Assembly: GCA_028285165.1 (NCBI GenBank)
Contig: JANQQB010000331.1
Location: forward strand, 4,942 to 68,941
Direction of reading: 5' to 3'
DNA: 64,000 bases
From: Rhodobiaceae bacterium
GTDB taxonomy: Bacteria > Pseudomonadota > Alphaproteobacteria > Rhizobiales > JANQQB01
Each line of letters starts with the position of its first letter. The stretch's first letter is position 1. Shown piece by piece: positions 17,484-26,647 of the stretch. A program made the position numbers and the translations under genes. The notes under the pieces are model-generated. The model searched no databases. It saw only the letters and a list, made by a program, of their open reading frames with translations, and was not told the DNA's origin.

Positions 17484-19337
17484 ATGGATTACAGCCCCGC
17501 CAGTCTCGCTCGGATGATCATCAAGGTGCTCTTGCTGATCCTCGCGGTAAGCCACCTGTATTTTGCGTTCGCGGGGTATCCGGGGCCGTATTACCTGCGC
17601 GGCTACCATGTGGGGATCGGCCTGGGGCTGATCTACCTCGTCACCAATTGGCGCGGTCAACGGGTTGAAAAGCCTTCCCTTCTGAACCTGGTGCTCGCGC
17701 TCACCGTTTTGTTTGCCGCGCTCTATCCGGCAATCCACATCGACTATGTGCAGCAGCGTTTCATGTATGTCGACGACCTCACGCGCTGGGATCTGGTCGT
17801 CGGAACCGGTCTCGTCGTTCTGGTGCTCGAGGGGACGCGACGCGTTCTGGGCCCGGCTCTGCCCCTGACGGCGATCGGGTTCATTCTCTTTGCTCTCACG
17901 ACGACGAATACGAGCTACCCGCTCCTGATCGAGCAGATGTTCCTGACCACCGACGGCATATTCGGAATCCCCGTCGCCGTCTCGGCGACGTTCATGGTCT
18001 TGTTCATCCTGTTCGGCGCCATGGTGGAGCGCATGGGCGTCGGCAAGCTCTTCATGGATTTTGCCGTTGCACTCACGGGGCGCCAGGCGGGCGGACCCGC
18101 CAAGGTCGCGTGCATAACCAGCGGTCTGTTCGGCTCCGTCTCGGGTTCGGCTGTAGCAAACGTGATGACAACCGGCGCCTTCTCCATCCCGTTGATGAAG
18201 CGCATCGGTTTCAAACCGTCATTCGCTGCCTCGGTCGAGGCGGTCAGCTCAACCGGCGGTCAGATCATGCCGCCGGTCATGGGGGCTGCGGCCTTCGTCA
18301 TGGCGGAATATCTCGGCGTCAGCTATCTGACGGTGGCCGCGCTCGCGCTCGTGCCGGCCGTGCTCTACTACATCGCCGTGTTCGCCTCCATCCACTTCGA
18401 GGCCAAGCGGCTCGATGTGGGATCGGTGCCGGAAGACCAATTGGTCCCGCTCCGCCAGGTGATCGTCGAGAGCGGCCATATGTTCCTGCCGTTGGCGCTC
18501 ATTGTCGCCGTTCTTTTCATGGGCTATTCCGCGCCGCTTGCCGCGCTGTCCGGAATTGTCGCCGTCCTGCCGACCGCGTTCCTGCGCAAGACGACCCGAC
18601 ACTATGTCACGATCGAAAACACGCTGAATGCCCTGGAAGCAGGCGCGCGCAATGCGCTGACCATCGCTGCGGCGACGGCGTGTGCCGGCATCGTTGTCGG
18701 GGTGATCAATTTGTCCGGCATCGGTCTGACGTTTTCCAACTTCGTCATTTCAGCCGCGAACGACACGCTTCTGATTGCCCTGGTGTTGAGCATGATCGCC
18801 GGCATCATTCTCGGCATGGGGATGCCGACCACGCCGGCCTACATCGTCCAGGTGGCGCTCATGGTGCCGGCCTTGGTGACACTCGGCGTGCAGGTCGAGG
18901 CGGCTCATCTCTTTGTCTTTTATTTTGCGATCCTGTCAGCGATCACTCCGCCGGTGGCGATGGCCGTCTATGCCGCGAATGCACTGGCCGGCGCGAGCAT
19001 CTGGGAGGCGAGCATCAAGGCGGTGAAGCTCGGCGTCACAGGTTTCATCATTCCTTTTCTCTTCGTCTACGAGCCGGCAATCCTTTTGCAGGGCGATCCG
19101 TTTTATGTCGCCTTGGTCATCTTGCAGGCAGTCGTCGGTGTGATCGTTCTGTCAGCGGCGATGCATGGCTACCTGCTGACGGTTCTGACGTACTGGCAGC
19201 AGGCGGCGCTTCTCGTGGCGACCATAGGATTGATCTATCCGGACTGGCGCGCGTCGCTTCCCGCACTCGCGCTGGTCGGGCTGGTCATCGTGCGCCAGCG
19301 GTTGTCCGGGCAGGCATCGCCAGGAGCCGCCCGATGA
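17484..19337 (+). CDS. TRAP transporter fused permease (TAXI-associated DctQM fusion)
   Basis: About 617 aa, polytopic, with motifs such as GQIMPPVMGAAAFVMAEY. The ATG at 17484 has a GGAGAGG RBS. Confidence 0.85.
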   Translation: MDYSPASLARMIIKVLLLILAVSHLYFAFAGYPGPYYLRGYHVGIGLGLIYLVTNWRGQRVEKPSLLNLVLALTVLFAALYPAIHIDYVQQRFMYVDDLTRWDLVVGTGLVVLVLEGTRRVLGPALPLTAIGFILFALTTTNTSYPLLIEQMFLTTDGIFGIPVAVSATFMVLFILFGAMVERMGVGKLFMDFAVALTGRQAGGPAKVACITSGLFGSVSGSAVANVMTTGAFSIPLMKRIGFKPSFAASVEAVSSTGGQIMPPVMGAAAFVMAEYLGVSYLTVAALALVPAVLYYIAVFASIHFEAKRLDVGSVPEDQLVPLRQVIVESGHMFLPLALIVAVLFMGYSAPLAALSGIVAVLPTAFLRKTTRHYVTIENTLNALEAGARNALTIAAATACAGIVVGVINLSGIGLTFSNFVISAANDTLLIALVLSMIAGIILGMGMPTTPAYIVQVALMVPALVTLGVQVEAAHLFVFYFAILSAITPPVAMAVYAANALAGASIWEASIKAVKLGVTGFIIPFLFVYEPAILLQGDPFYVALVILQAVVGVIVLSAAMHGYLLTVLTYWQQAALLVATIGLIYPDWRASLPALALVGLVIVRQRLSGQASPGAAR

Positions 19338-19445
19338 CCATGGCTCTTCTTTCGGCGGATCAAGGCCGGACCTTTTTTGATCCCGAAGATCCGGATGTCA
19401 GCGAATGAAGTGCGCGGCCATTCCAGGCAGGTCAGGAACCGGATC

Positions 19446-20483
19446 GTGAAACTGAGCGCGGAACAGATCCAAACCGTTGTTCAACGCATTCTCTTTGCCG
19501 CCGGCGCAACCGAAGCCGAAGCGAGAGGTGTCGGGTTCCGACTGGCCAATGCCAACCTGGTCGGTCACGATTCCCATGGCCTGATCCGCGTCTGCCAATA
19601 TGCCGACCAATTGCGTGACGGCACGATCCGGTCGGGCGCGGAACTCACCCGGGTCGCGCAGTCCGACACCCTGGAAATCTACGACGCCAATCTCGGTTTC
19701 GGTCAGCTTGCCGCGGAGACAACGACCGGGATCGGAATTGAGAAGGCTCGCGCGTCCGGCGTCTCTGCCATCGGCCTTAGAAACGTGTCACATGTCGGCC
19801 GGCTCGGAGACTGGGCCGAGCTCGCGGCCGAGCATGACGTCATCTCGTTTCATTTTGTCAATTCGCCGGCAAAACCCGGCGTTTCGCCCTTCGGCGGCAT
19901 TGAGCGCCGCATGGCGACCAATCCGATTTGCATCGGCTATCCGGTGGCCGGGCGCGACCCCTTGGTGGTCGACATGACGACGTCTTCGGTGGCTGAAGGC
20001 AAGCTGCGGGTTGCCCATGCCGCCGGAACGCCGATACCCGAAGGCTGGATTCTCGACAAACACGGCAATCCGACCACCGATCCCGGCGACTATTACGACG
20101 GCGGCGCGCTGCAGACCATGGGGGCACACAAGGGTTACGGCCTCAGCCTGGCAATCGATCTGCTGGCCGGCGCGCTGACAGGCGGCAGGACCGCCGGACC
20201 CGACGAGACGGTCAATCGCAACAATATGTTCTCGATCTTCATCGACGCCGGTGCGACCGCCATGGCCGGTGAGGCAAGTGCGATCGCCGCAGGCTATCTG
20301 GATTGGATCAAAGACTGCGCTGCGCGGGACGCCGAGGCGCCCGTGCTCATCCCGGGTGAGCCGGAGGCCAGCCAGAAGAGGCATCGCACGGTCGAAGGCG
20401 TTGATGTGCCCGATGGCATTTGGGCCCAGGTGGTTGCCACCGGCGAGCGTTTCGGTGTCAGCGCGAACGATCTCGCCGCGTAA
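19446..20483 (+). CDS. Ldh_2 family oxidoreductase (malate/L-lactate/sulfolactate dehydrogenase-like)
   Basis: LVGHDSHGLIRVCQY and GAHKGYGLSLAIDLLAG are typical of Ldh_2. The start is uncertain: I prefer the GTG at 19446 with an AGGAA RBS, and the track ORF begins at 19377. Confidence 0.75.
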   Translation: MKLSAEQIQTVVQRILFAAGATEAEARGVGFRLANANLVGHDSHGLIRVCQYADQLRDGTIRSGAELTRVAQSDTLEIYDANLGFGQLAAETTTGIGIEKARASGVSAIGLRNVSHVGRLGDWAELAAEHDVISFHFVNSPAKPGVSPFGGIERRMATNPICIGYPVAGRDPLVVDMTTSSVAEGKLRVAHAAGTPIPEGWILDKHGNPTTDPGDYYDGGALQTMGAHKGYGLSLAIDLLAGALTGGRTAGPDETVNRNNMFSIFIDAGATAMAGEASAIAAGYLDWIKDCAARDAEAPVLIPGEPEASQKRHRTVEGVDVPDGIWAQVVATGERFGVSANDLAA

Positions 20484-20563
20484 GGATCGGCGACAATTTC
20501 GACAAGGCTGCCCGCATCGGCCCTCGGGCGCGCCCGGCCGTCGATCCGGATCGGCCGAGTTTC

Positions 20564-20595
20564 AAAAGAAAAACCCCGCCGGGCAGGCGGGGTTT
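20564..20595. terminator. Bidirectional rho-independent terminator between convergent genes
   Basis: AAAAGAAAAA-CCCCGCC-GGGCA-GGCGGGG-TTT. A second hairpin, GAGCGGGGC-AGG-GCCCCGCTC, lies at 20607-20627. Confidence 0.65.
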
Positions 20596-20650
20596 GGCAG
20601 AAGTCCGAGCGGGGCAGGGCCCCGCTCGTCCGGTTGTGTGAAACCGGTTC

Positions 20651-21745
20651 CTAGAGATCCAGCACGCGGTTGCGCTTCTGGACGTAGGCCATGTCGGACA
20701 GGGCCATCCACTTACCGATATCGGAGCGGGCAGCGGCGAAGCTGTCGTAGATCTTTTTCGACAGTTCGCTGTGGTCGCGGGCTTCTTCGAAGACTTCCTG
20801 AGCGGCTTCGCCGAAGCTGTCGTAAACGTCGTCGTTGAACTCACGCAGTTCGACGCCGTTTTCCTCGATCAGCCGGGTAAGGTAGACACCGTTATTGGCG
20901 TTGGTTTCCGCCATTTGACGGGCATTTTCCTCGTTGCACGCGGCTTCCAGGATCGCCTGATGGGTCTTCGACAGGCCGCTCCACCAGGACGCGTTCATGC
21001 CGAAGGCGAGCTGCGAGCCCGGCTCGTGCATGCCCGGCCAGTAATAGTATTTGGCGGCTTCGTAGAACTTCATGAAGTAGTCGTTGTACGGGCCGACCCA
21101 CTCGGTGGCGTCGACGGCACCGGACACGAGGTTTTCATAGATCTGACCGCCCGGCAGGGAAACCGGCGAAGCGCCGAGCTTGGCCATGACGTCGCCGCCG
21201 AGGCCAGGAATCCGCATTTTCAGACCCTTGAGGTCGTCAGCCGATTCGATTTCCTTGTTGAACCAGCCGCCCATCTGCACGCCGGTATTGCCGCAGGCAA
21301 AGTTCTTCAGGCCGAATTCGCCGGCCAGTTCGTCCCACAGAGCCTGACCGCCGGCATATTTGATCCAGGCGTCGATTTCCGTGTAGGTCAGGCCGAACGG
21401 AACGGCCGTGAACGGCGCCCAGCCCGGGTGCTTGCCCTTCCAGTAATAGTCGGCGGCGATATAGGCCTGCGCGTTGCCGGAGGCGACTTCGTCGAACGAA
21501 TCGAACGCGCCGACGCGTTCGCCGGCAGCAAAGTATTGCACTGCGATCTCGCCGTCGGTCAGTTCGCCGATGCGGGCGGCCAGACGCTGGGCGCTGATGC
21601 CGAGGCCCGGGAAGTCCCGCGGCCAGGTGGAGACGATCACAAGATCGACTTTGGATTGGGCGATCGCGGGAGCAGCCAGTGCGGTGGTGGCGGCAGCGCC
21701 CCCGGCTGCAAGGGCCGCGCCCTTGAGGAATTTACGGCGTTCCAT
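20651..21745 (-). CDS. Orphan TRAP substrate-binding protein (DctP family), paralog of 12141..13232
   Basis: Tat signal MERRKFLKGAALAAGGAAATTALAAPAIAQ, with long identical peptide blocks shared with the other DctP (VDLVIVSTWPRDFPGLGISAQRLA, GASPVSLPGGQIYENLVSGAVDATEWVGPYNDYFMKF). No adjacent permease genes. Confidence 0.85.
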   Translation of the reverse strand: MERRKFLKGAALAAGGAAATTALAAPAIAQSKVDLVIVSTWPRDFPGLGISAQRLAARIGELTDGEIAVQYFAAGERVGAFDSFDEVASGNAQAYIAADYYWKGKHPGWAPFTAVPFGLTYTEIDAWIKYAGGQALWDELAGEFGLKNFACGNTGVQMGGWFNKEIESADDLKGLKMRIPGLGGDVMAKLGASPVSLPGGQIYENLVSGAVDATEWVGPYNDYFMKFYEAAKYYYWPGMHEPGSQLAFGMNASWWSGLSKTHQAILEAACNEENARQMAETNANNGVYLTRLIEENGVELREFNDDVYDSFGEAAQEVFEEARDHSELSKKIYDSFAAARSDIGKWMALSDMAYVQKRNRVLDL

Positions 21746-22078
21746 TTTTCTGTCCTCCAGATGGTTACTCGTCCGCAGGGCGGGATCGGATCACGTTCCG
21801 GACCGGAAACAGCCCTGATTTCATGGCGGTGCACCATATCAGGGGATTTCCGTATCGCAAGCGCGAGATTCTGGCAGTTGGCGGTGAGGTGAACGGACGG
21901 CATAAAAGGACGCAACGACACCTGATCGGGCGGGTATCGGCAGGCTTTGCGTCCGCGCGCCAGCGCCGTGAATGCCGGCATCGGGTCTTGCGGCTCGGGA
22001 GCTGGCGCGATTGTGATCGCGCGGCGGAGGGCGCCGGTACGACAGGCCGGGCCCCGCGCAGCGGATTCCGTCGACCGC

Positions 22079-23092
22079 TCAGTCGTAACGCAGGTCCGTC
22101 GCCTTGCCGCGGAACACCGTATAGGCAAACGCGGAATAGCCGAGGATCACCGGAAGCACCACGAGTGTTCCCGCGAGGATGATCATGAGGCTTTCCGGTG
22201 CCGCCGCCGCCTCATAGATGGTCATCTTTTCCGGCACGACATAAGGATAAAAGGAATAGGCCAGGCCGGAATAGCCGAGCAGGAACACGCCGGCCGTGAT
22301 CGCGAACGGTGCCCACGCGAACCGATCTCCGGTAAACGGCATGGCCTTGAGCACAAAATAGAGCAGCGTGAAGAGGAGCGCTGAAAACAGCGGTAACGGA
22401 GCCAGAAGCAGGATTTCCGGCACCTGAAACCATTTATCGAAGATCCTCGGGCTGACGGCCGGCGTCGCCAGCGAAACTGCGGCCATGCCGACCAGCGCGA
22501 AGACGAGGGCAGTGCGCGCCCAGCCGATCGCCTTCTTCTGCAGGTCGTCCGACGTCTTATAGATCAGCCAGCAGGCGCCGATCAGCGCATAGGATGCGGA
22601 CAGGCAGATAGCGATCAACGCGGCGAACAGGACATGCGGTCCCGTCCATTCCAGCCCCATGATGTAGAGCCCGAGCATGAAACCCTGCGACAATGAGGCG
22701 ATCAGCGACCCGGTAAAGAACAGCGCGTTCCAAAGCGCCTTGCGCGGCGGGGCGACCTTGGCGCGGAACTCGAATGCAACGCCGCGCAGAACAAGCGCGA
22801 TCAGCAGTGCCGCAACCGGCAGATATAGCGCCGTCAGGATCGTGCCGTGCGCCACGGGAAAGGCGACCAGCAAGAGGCCGACCGCAAGCACCAGCCAGGT
22901 TTCGTTGGCGTCCCAGAACGGGCCGATCGCGGAGATCATGCGGTCCTTTTCCGCATCGTCGGCGCGCACGACCAGAAGGCCGACGCCCAGGTCGAAGCCG
23001 TCGAGGATCACATAGATCAGGATCGACAGGCCCATCAGACCCGCGAACACCACGGGCAGCCAGACGGTCGGATCGCCGAGTGAGGTCATCAT
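22079..23092 (-). CDS. cydB: Cytochrome bd-type ubiquinol oxidase subunit II
   Basis: Polytopic 337-aa protein with a CydB/CioB-like N-terminus (VWLPVVFAGLMGLSILIYVILDGFDLGVG), immediately downstream of subunit I. Confidence 0.9.
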   Translation of the reverse strand: MMTSLGDPTVWLPVVFAGLMGLSILIYVILDGFDLGVGLLVVRADDAEKDRMISAIGPFWDANETWLVLAVGLLLVAFPVAHGTILTALYLPVAALLIALVLRGVAFEFRAKVAPPRKALWNALFFTGSLIASLSQGFMLGLYIMGLEWTGPHVLFAALIAICLSASYALIGACWLIYKTSDDLQKKAIGWARTALVFALVGMAAVSLATPAVSPRIFDKWFQVPEILLLAPLPLFSALLFTLLYFVLKAMPFTGDRFAWAPFAITAGVFLLGYSGLAYSFYPYVVPEKMTIYEAAAAPESLMIILAGTLVVLPVILGYSAFAYTVFRGKATDLRYD

Positions 23093-23096
23093 GATC

Positions 23097-24464
23097 TTAT
23101 TCCGCGGGTGAGATTCGAGGTTGCGGTTCGAGCAGAGGCCTCGGCACCGGATCCGACGAGGCCGCCTTGCCGGCGAGGAAAAACAACGTCGAGACGTAGG
23201 TGATGGTCAGTGCCACATAGAGGGCCAGGTAGGCAGCGAGTGTCGTGCCGATCATGCCGGCAGCGACGTCCGACGCGGCCTCGGCGGTCGTCATCACGCC
23301 ATGCACGAGCCAGGGCTGACGGCCGATTTCCGTTGTGTACCAGCCGGCGAGCGTCGCCACCCATCCGGAAAAGGCCATCGGCACCAGTCCGTAGGCGAGC
23401 CAGGTCGGCAAGACATCGCGTCGCAGGAGGTACCAGGCACCGATCCAGGACGTCACAAGCATCAGCATGCCGATCCCCACCATGATGCGGAAGGAGAAAA
23501 ACACCGGTTTGACGGGCGGATGCATCACGGTGCCGTCCTCAGCGACGTAGTCGTTAAGGCCCGGTACCACGCCGTCGCTGCTGTGCTTCAGGATGAGACT
23601 GGCGCCGTTCGGAATCTCAACGGCAAACCGGTTTTCTCGCGCGGCCTCGTCCGGCCAGGCGAACAATACCAGCGGCACATTCGGCCCGGTTTCCCAATTG
23701 GCCTCCATGGCCGCGACCTTTTGCGGCTGGTGCTCGAGCGTGTTGAGGCCGTGCATGTCGCCGACGAGGATCTGCACCGGGATCAAAAGTGCGCCAAGCA
23801 GGACGCCGGTTCTGAGCGCCGCCATCAGCCCGTCCGACCGGTCGCCGCGCAGATAGCGGTACGCCGAAAGGCCGGCGATCAGGAACGCGACCGTCAGCCC
23901 GGACGCGATCAGCATATGCACCAGGCGATAGGGCATCGACGGATTGAAGATGATAGCCATCCAGTCGGTCGCATGGGCGACGCCGTCGCGCATCTCGAAG
24001 CCGACCGGTGTGTGCATCCAGGAATTCAGCACAAGGATCCAGAAGGCGGACAGTGTGGTGCCGAATGCAACAAGGAAGGTTGCCAGCGTATGCATCCGGT
24101 TGGAAACGCGCCGGAAGCCGAACAGCATGATGCCGAGGAACACTGCTTCGAGGAAGAAGGCGGTCAGGATTTCGTAGGCCAGGAGCGGTCCGGCAATGTT
24201 GCCGACGCGTTCCATGAAGCCCGGCCAGTTGGTGCCGAACTGGAAGCTCATTGTGATGCCGGAGACGACGCCGAGCGCAAACGACAGCGCAAACACCTTC
24301 ACCCAGAAGAAATAGGCGTCCATCCACTTCATGTCGCCGGAACGGGCGAAGCGGATCTTGAAATAGAAAAGTACCCAGCCGAGCGCGATCGTGATCGTCG
24401 GAAACAGGATGTGGAACGAGATGTTGGCGCCGAACTGGATTCGCGCCAGAAGCAGGGCATCCAT
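23097..24464 (-). CDS. cydA: Cytochrome bd-type ubiquinol oxidase subunit I (short Q-loop, CioA-like)
   Basis: MDALLLARIQFGANISFHILFPTITIALGW is the canonical CydA N-terminus. At about 455 aa it implies a short Q-loop. The start was set at the ATG at 24464. Confidence 0.9.
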   Translation of the reverse strand: MDALLLARIQFGANISFHILFPTITIALGWVLFYFKIRFARSGDMKWMDAYFFWVKVFALSFALGVVSGITMSFQFGTNWPGFMERVGNIAGPLLAYEILTAFFLEAVFLGIMLFGFRRVSNRMHTLATFLVAFGTTLSAFWILVLNSWMHTPVGFEMRDGVAHATDWMAIIFNPSMPYRLVHMLIASGLTVAFLIAGLSAYRYLRGDRSDGLMAALRTGVLLGALLIPVQILVGDMHGLNTLEHQPQKVAAMEANWETGPNVPLVLFAWPDEAARENRFAVEIPNGASLILKHSSDGVVPGLNDYVAEDGTVMHPPVKPVFFSFRIMVGIGMLMLVTSWIGAWYLLRRDVLPTWLAYGLVPMAFSGWVATLAGWYTTEIGRQPWLVHGVMTTAEAASDVAAGMIGTTLAAYLALYVALTITYVSTLFFLAGKAASSDPVPRPLLEPQPRISPAE

Positions 24465-24468
24465 GGGA

Positions 24469-25071
24469 TCAGGCCTTCCTGTCTGCCGGTGCCGCGTCGC
24501 TCTCGGCACTGCCCGGGTTTGGGCGGCCGGGGAACACGGTCAACCGGTCTTTCATTTCGAGGATCTTTTGAACCTTGGCGCCGAGCGAGAGCAATTGTGC
24601 CAGGCGGTCGGTTTCCAGGCGTTTCACATCCTCATACCAGCCGGTCAGCATTTCGATCATTTCCGCCATTTCCGTCATGCGGCTTTGGGCATGGATTTCT
24701 TCGGGACTGGCGGGTTGCTGCATCGACAGTTCGCGCAGCACGGTCAGCGTCGGATCGATTTCGCGCTTCTTGCGCTCCTCCGCCAGGATACGCACGATTT
24801 CCCAGACGTCGTCCGGGGTTTCAAAATAGTCCCGTCGATCGTCAGGAAGATGGCGGAGCCGGACGAGGTTCCAGGCCTGCAATTCCTTCAGGCCCATGGA
24901 CACATTCGAGCGAGAGAACCCGAGCTGCTCGCAGATCTGGTCCGCGTTCAGCGGCCGCGGTGCGACGAACAGAACCGCATAGATCTGCCCCACGGTCCGG
25001 CTGATACCCCAGCGCGACCCCATTTCGCCGAAATGCAGCACGAAGGTCTGGATCATCGGGGGAAGGTTCAT
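24469..25071 (-). CDS. GbsR/MarR-like transcriptional regulator, co-oriented with and abutting cydA
   Basis: FGEMGSRWGISRTVGQIYAVLFVAPRPLNADQICEQLGFSRSNVSMGLKELQAWNLVR resembles the GbsR-type winged HTH. Its stop is 5 nt from the cydA start. Alternative starts are at 25098 and 25056. Confidence 0.7.
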   Translation of the reverse strand: MNLPPMIQTFVLHFGEMGSRWGISRTVGQIYAVLFVAPRPLNADQICEQLGFSRSNVSMGLKELQAWNLVRLRHLPDDRRDYFETPDDVWEIVRILAEERKKREIDPTLTVLRELSMQQPASPEEIHAQSRMTEMAEMIEMLTGWYEDVKRLETDRLAQLLSLGAKVQKILEMKDRLTVFPGRPNPGSAESDAAPADRKA

Positions 25072-25206
25072 GATTTTTGACCATTCCGGTAATTTCAAGA
25101 ATTTCTGAAAGTCAAATAGAGCGTGAACCGGCCGGCCGGGATGCGACAGCCCGTCACGGTCGTCGGACGCTGGGCGAGGGGAGCGGGCAGGGGATCACCG
25201 CGCCAA

Positions 25207-25242
25207 CTTTACAAAACTTTACGCAGCGCAAGGCTTCTTTAC
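25207..25242. promoter_or_regulatory. CpxR-type direct repeats (GTAAA-N5-GTAAA plus a third half-site)
   Basis: The plus strand reads CTTTAC at 25207, 25217 and 25237. The reverse complement of 25207-25222 is GTAAAGTTTTGTAAAG. The site is about 100 bp upstream of the cpxP-like start. Confidence 0.55.
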
Positions 25243-25343
25243 ACACCGGAGAAAGGCGAGACACGCGACATCCCTACCTTGGGCCTGCAAGCGGAAAGTC
25301 GTTCCGTTTGTGCTTCCGAATTGATGAAACACAAGGATTCTCC

Positions 25344-25928
25344 ATGACCGACCAAGATCAAAGGCCAAAAAGAGGATTGCCTCGCTCCAACGGTGCACGT
25401 CTGACCGCCCTGGTGGCCGGGACCGCCCTGCTGCTTGGCGGCGTGTTCGGCGTACAGGCCTTCACGGGAACCAATGCCTATGCCCATATGAAACTGATCG
25501 GGCACGGTCACGGGCACGGCGGATGGCATCGCGACGGCAAGCGGTTCGCTGACCTGAGCGACGCCGAGGTCGAGCAGCGGATCGAACGGGTCGTGAAACA
25601 TGTCGCCATCGAGATCGACGCGACCGACGACCAGACGCGCCGGATCACGGCCTTGCTGACCGCCGTCGCCCGTGATCTGAGAGCATCGCGCGATCAATGG
25701 CACAATGCGGGACGGATGTTCCGACAGGCACTGGTAAAGGAGAACGTGGATCGCAGCGAACTGGAGCGCCTGCGCTCGGAACGTCTTGCCGAGGCGGACC
25801 GCGTCAGCCAGTCTCTGGTAACCGCAATCGCGGATGTCGCCGAGGTGCTGACGGCGGACCAAAGACAGGTTCTGGAGGAACGGGTCGAGCAGTTCCGGTC
25901 CATGCGCAAACGCTGGCATCGCGGATGA
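25344..25928 (+). CDS. Periplasmic Spy/CpxP/ZraP-family protein with His-Gly repeat
   Basis: N-terminal signal/anchor (LTALVAGTALLLGGVFGVQA), HGHGHGHGGWH, an LTADQ (LTxxQ) motif, and a helical charged body. The start was set at the ATG at 25344 inside track ORF 25077..25928. Confidence 0.7.
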   Translation: MTDQDQRPKRGLPRSNGARLTALVAGTALLLGGVFGVQAFTGTNAYAHMKLIGHGHGHGGWHRDGKRFADLSDAEVEQRIERVVKHVAIEIDATDDQTRRITALLTAVARDLRASRDQWHNAGRMFRQALVKENVDRSELERLRSERLAEADRVSQSLVTAIADVAEVLTADQRQVLEERVEQFRSMRKRWHRG

Positions 25929-25951
25929 AGATGATGGGGGCGGAACGGGCC

Positions 25952-26638
25952 ATGCCGAGATATGTCCTGTTGATCGAGGATGACGAACGGCTTGCCGGGA
26001 TGGTTACGGACTATCTCGGCGAGTCCGGTTTTCATGTGACCCATGCCGGTTCCGGCCAGGCCGGACTGGAGGCGCTCGGCGAATATTCCTTCGATGCGAT
26101 CGTGCTCGATCTGATGCTGCCCGACATGGATGGCCTGGAAATCTGCCGCATCGTGCGGTCGTCCTGGGCAACGCCGATCCTCATGCTCACCGCCAAGGGC
26201 GACCCCATGGATCGGGTGCTCGGTCTCGAACTCGGCGCCGACGATTATTTGCCCAAGCCCTTCGAGCCGCGCGAATTGCTGGCCCGCCTCAAAGCGATCC
26301 TGCGACGCGGACGCAATGGACCGGAAGAAGACGTGCTGCGTTTCGGCCGGCTCGAAGTCGACCGCAACGCCATGCAGGCGCGGCTTGACGGCGCGCCCTG
26401 TGCCCTGACCGTGCATCAGTACAAGCTGCTTGAGATTCTGGCGCGCGGCGCCGGCAGGGTATTGTCGCGCGACTACCTGATGGATCAATTGAAGGGGTCT
26501 GATCTGGAGGCATTCGACCGGTCGATCGATGTCCACATCTCGCGCATTCGTGCCGAGATCGAGGACGACCCGAAACACCCGCAGCGGGTGATCACCGTGC
26601 GCGGCGCCGGATATGTGTTCGCCCGAGCCCAGGACTGA
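25952..26638 (+). CDS. OmpR-family response regulator (CpxR-like)
   Basis: Receiver domain (VLLIEDDERL..., DAIVLDLMLPDMDG) and winged-helix output (LTVHQYKLLEILA...VITVRGAGYVF). An alternative start at 25925 would give an ATGA overlap with the upstream gene. Confidence 0.9.
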   Translation: MPRYVLLIEDDERLAGMVTDYLGESGFHVTHAGSGQAGLEALGEYSFDAIVLDLMLPDMDGLEICRIVRSSWATPILMLTAKGDPMDRVLGLELGADDYLPKPFEPRELLARLKAILRRGRNGPEEDVLRFGRLEVDRNAMQARLDGAPCALTVHQYKLLEILARGAGRVLSRDYLMDQLKGSDLEAFDRSIDVHISRIRAEIEDDPKHPQRVITVRGAGYVFARAQD

Positions 26639-26647
26639 TCGCATGCC

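Noticed and set aside
23121-25004. 627-aa ORF on the plus strand across the cydA and regulator genes
   Set aside because: It lies antisense to two genes with clear family signatures. Its composition is low-complexity and Arg/Gly/His-rich, and it has no motifs.
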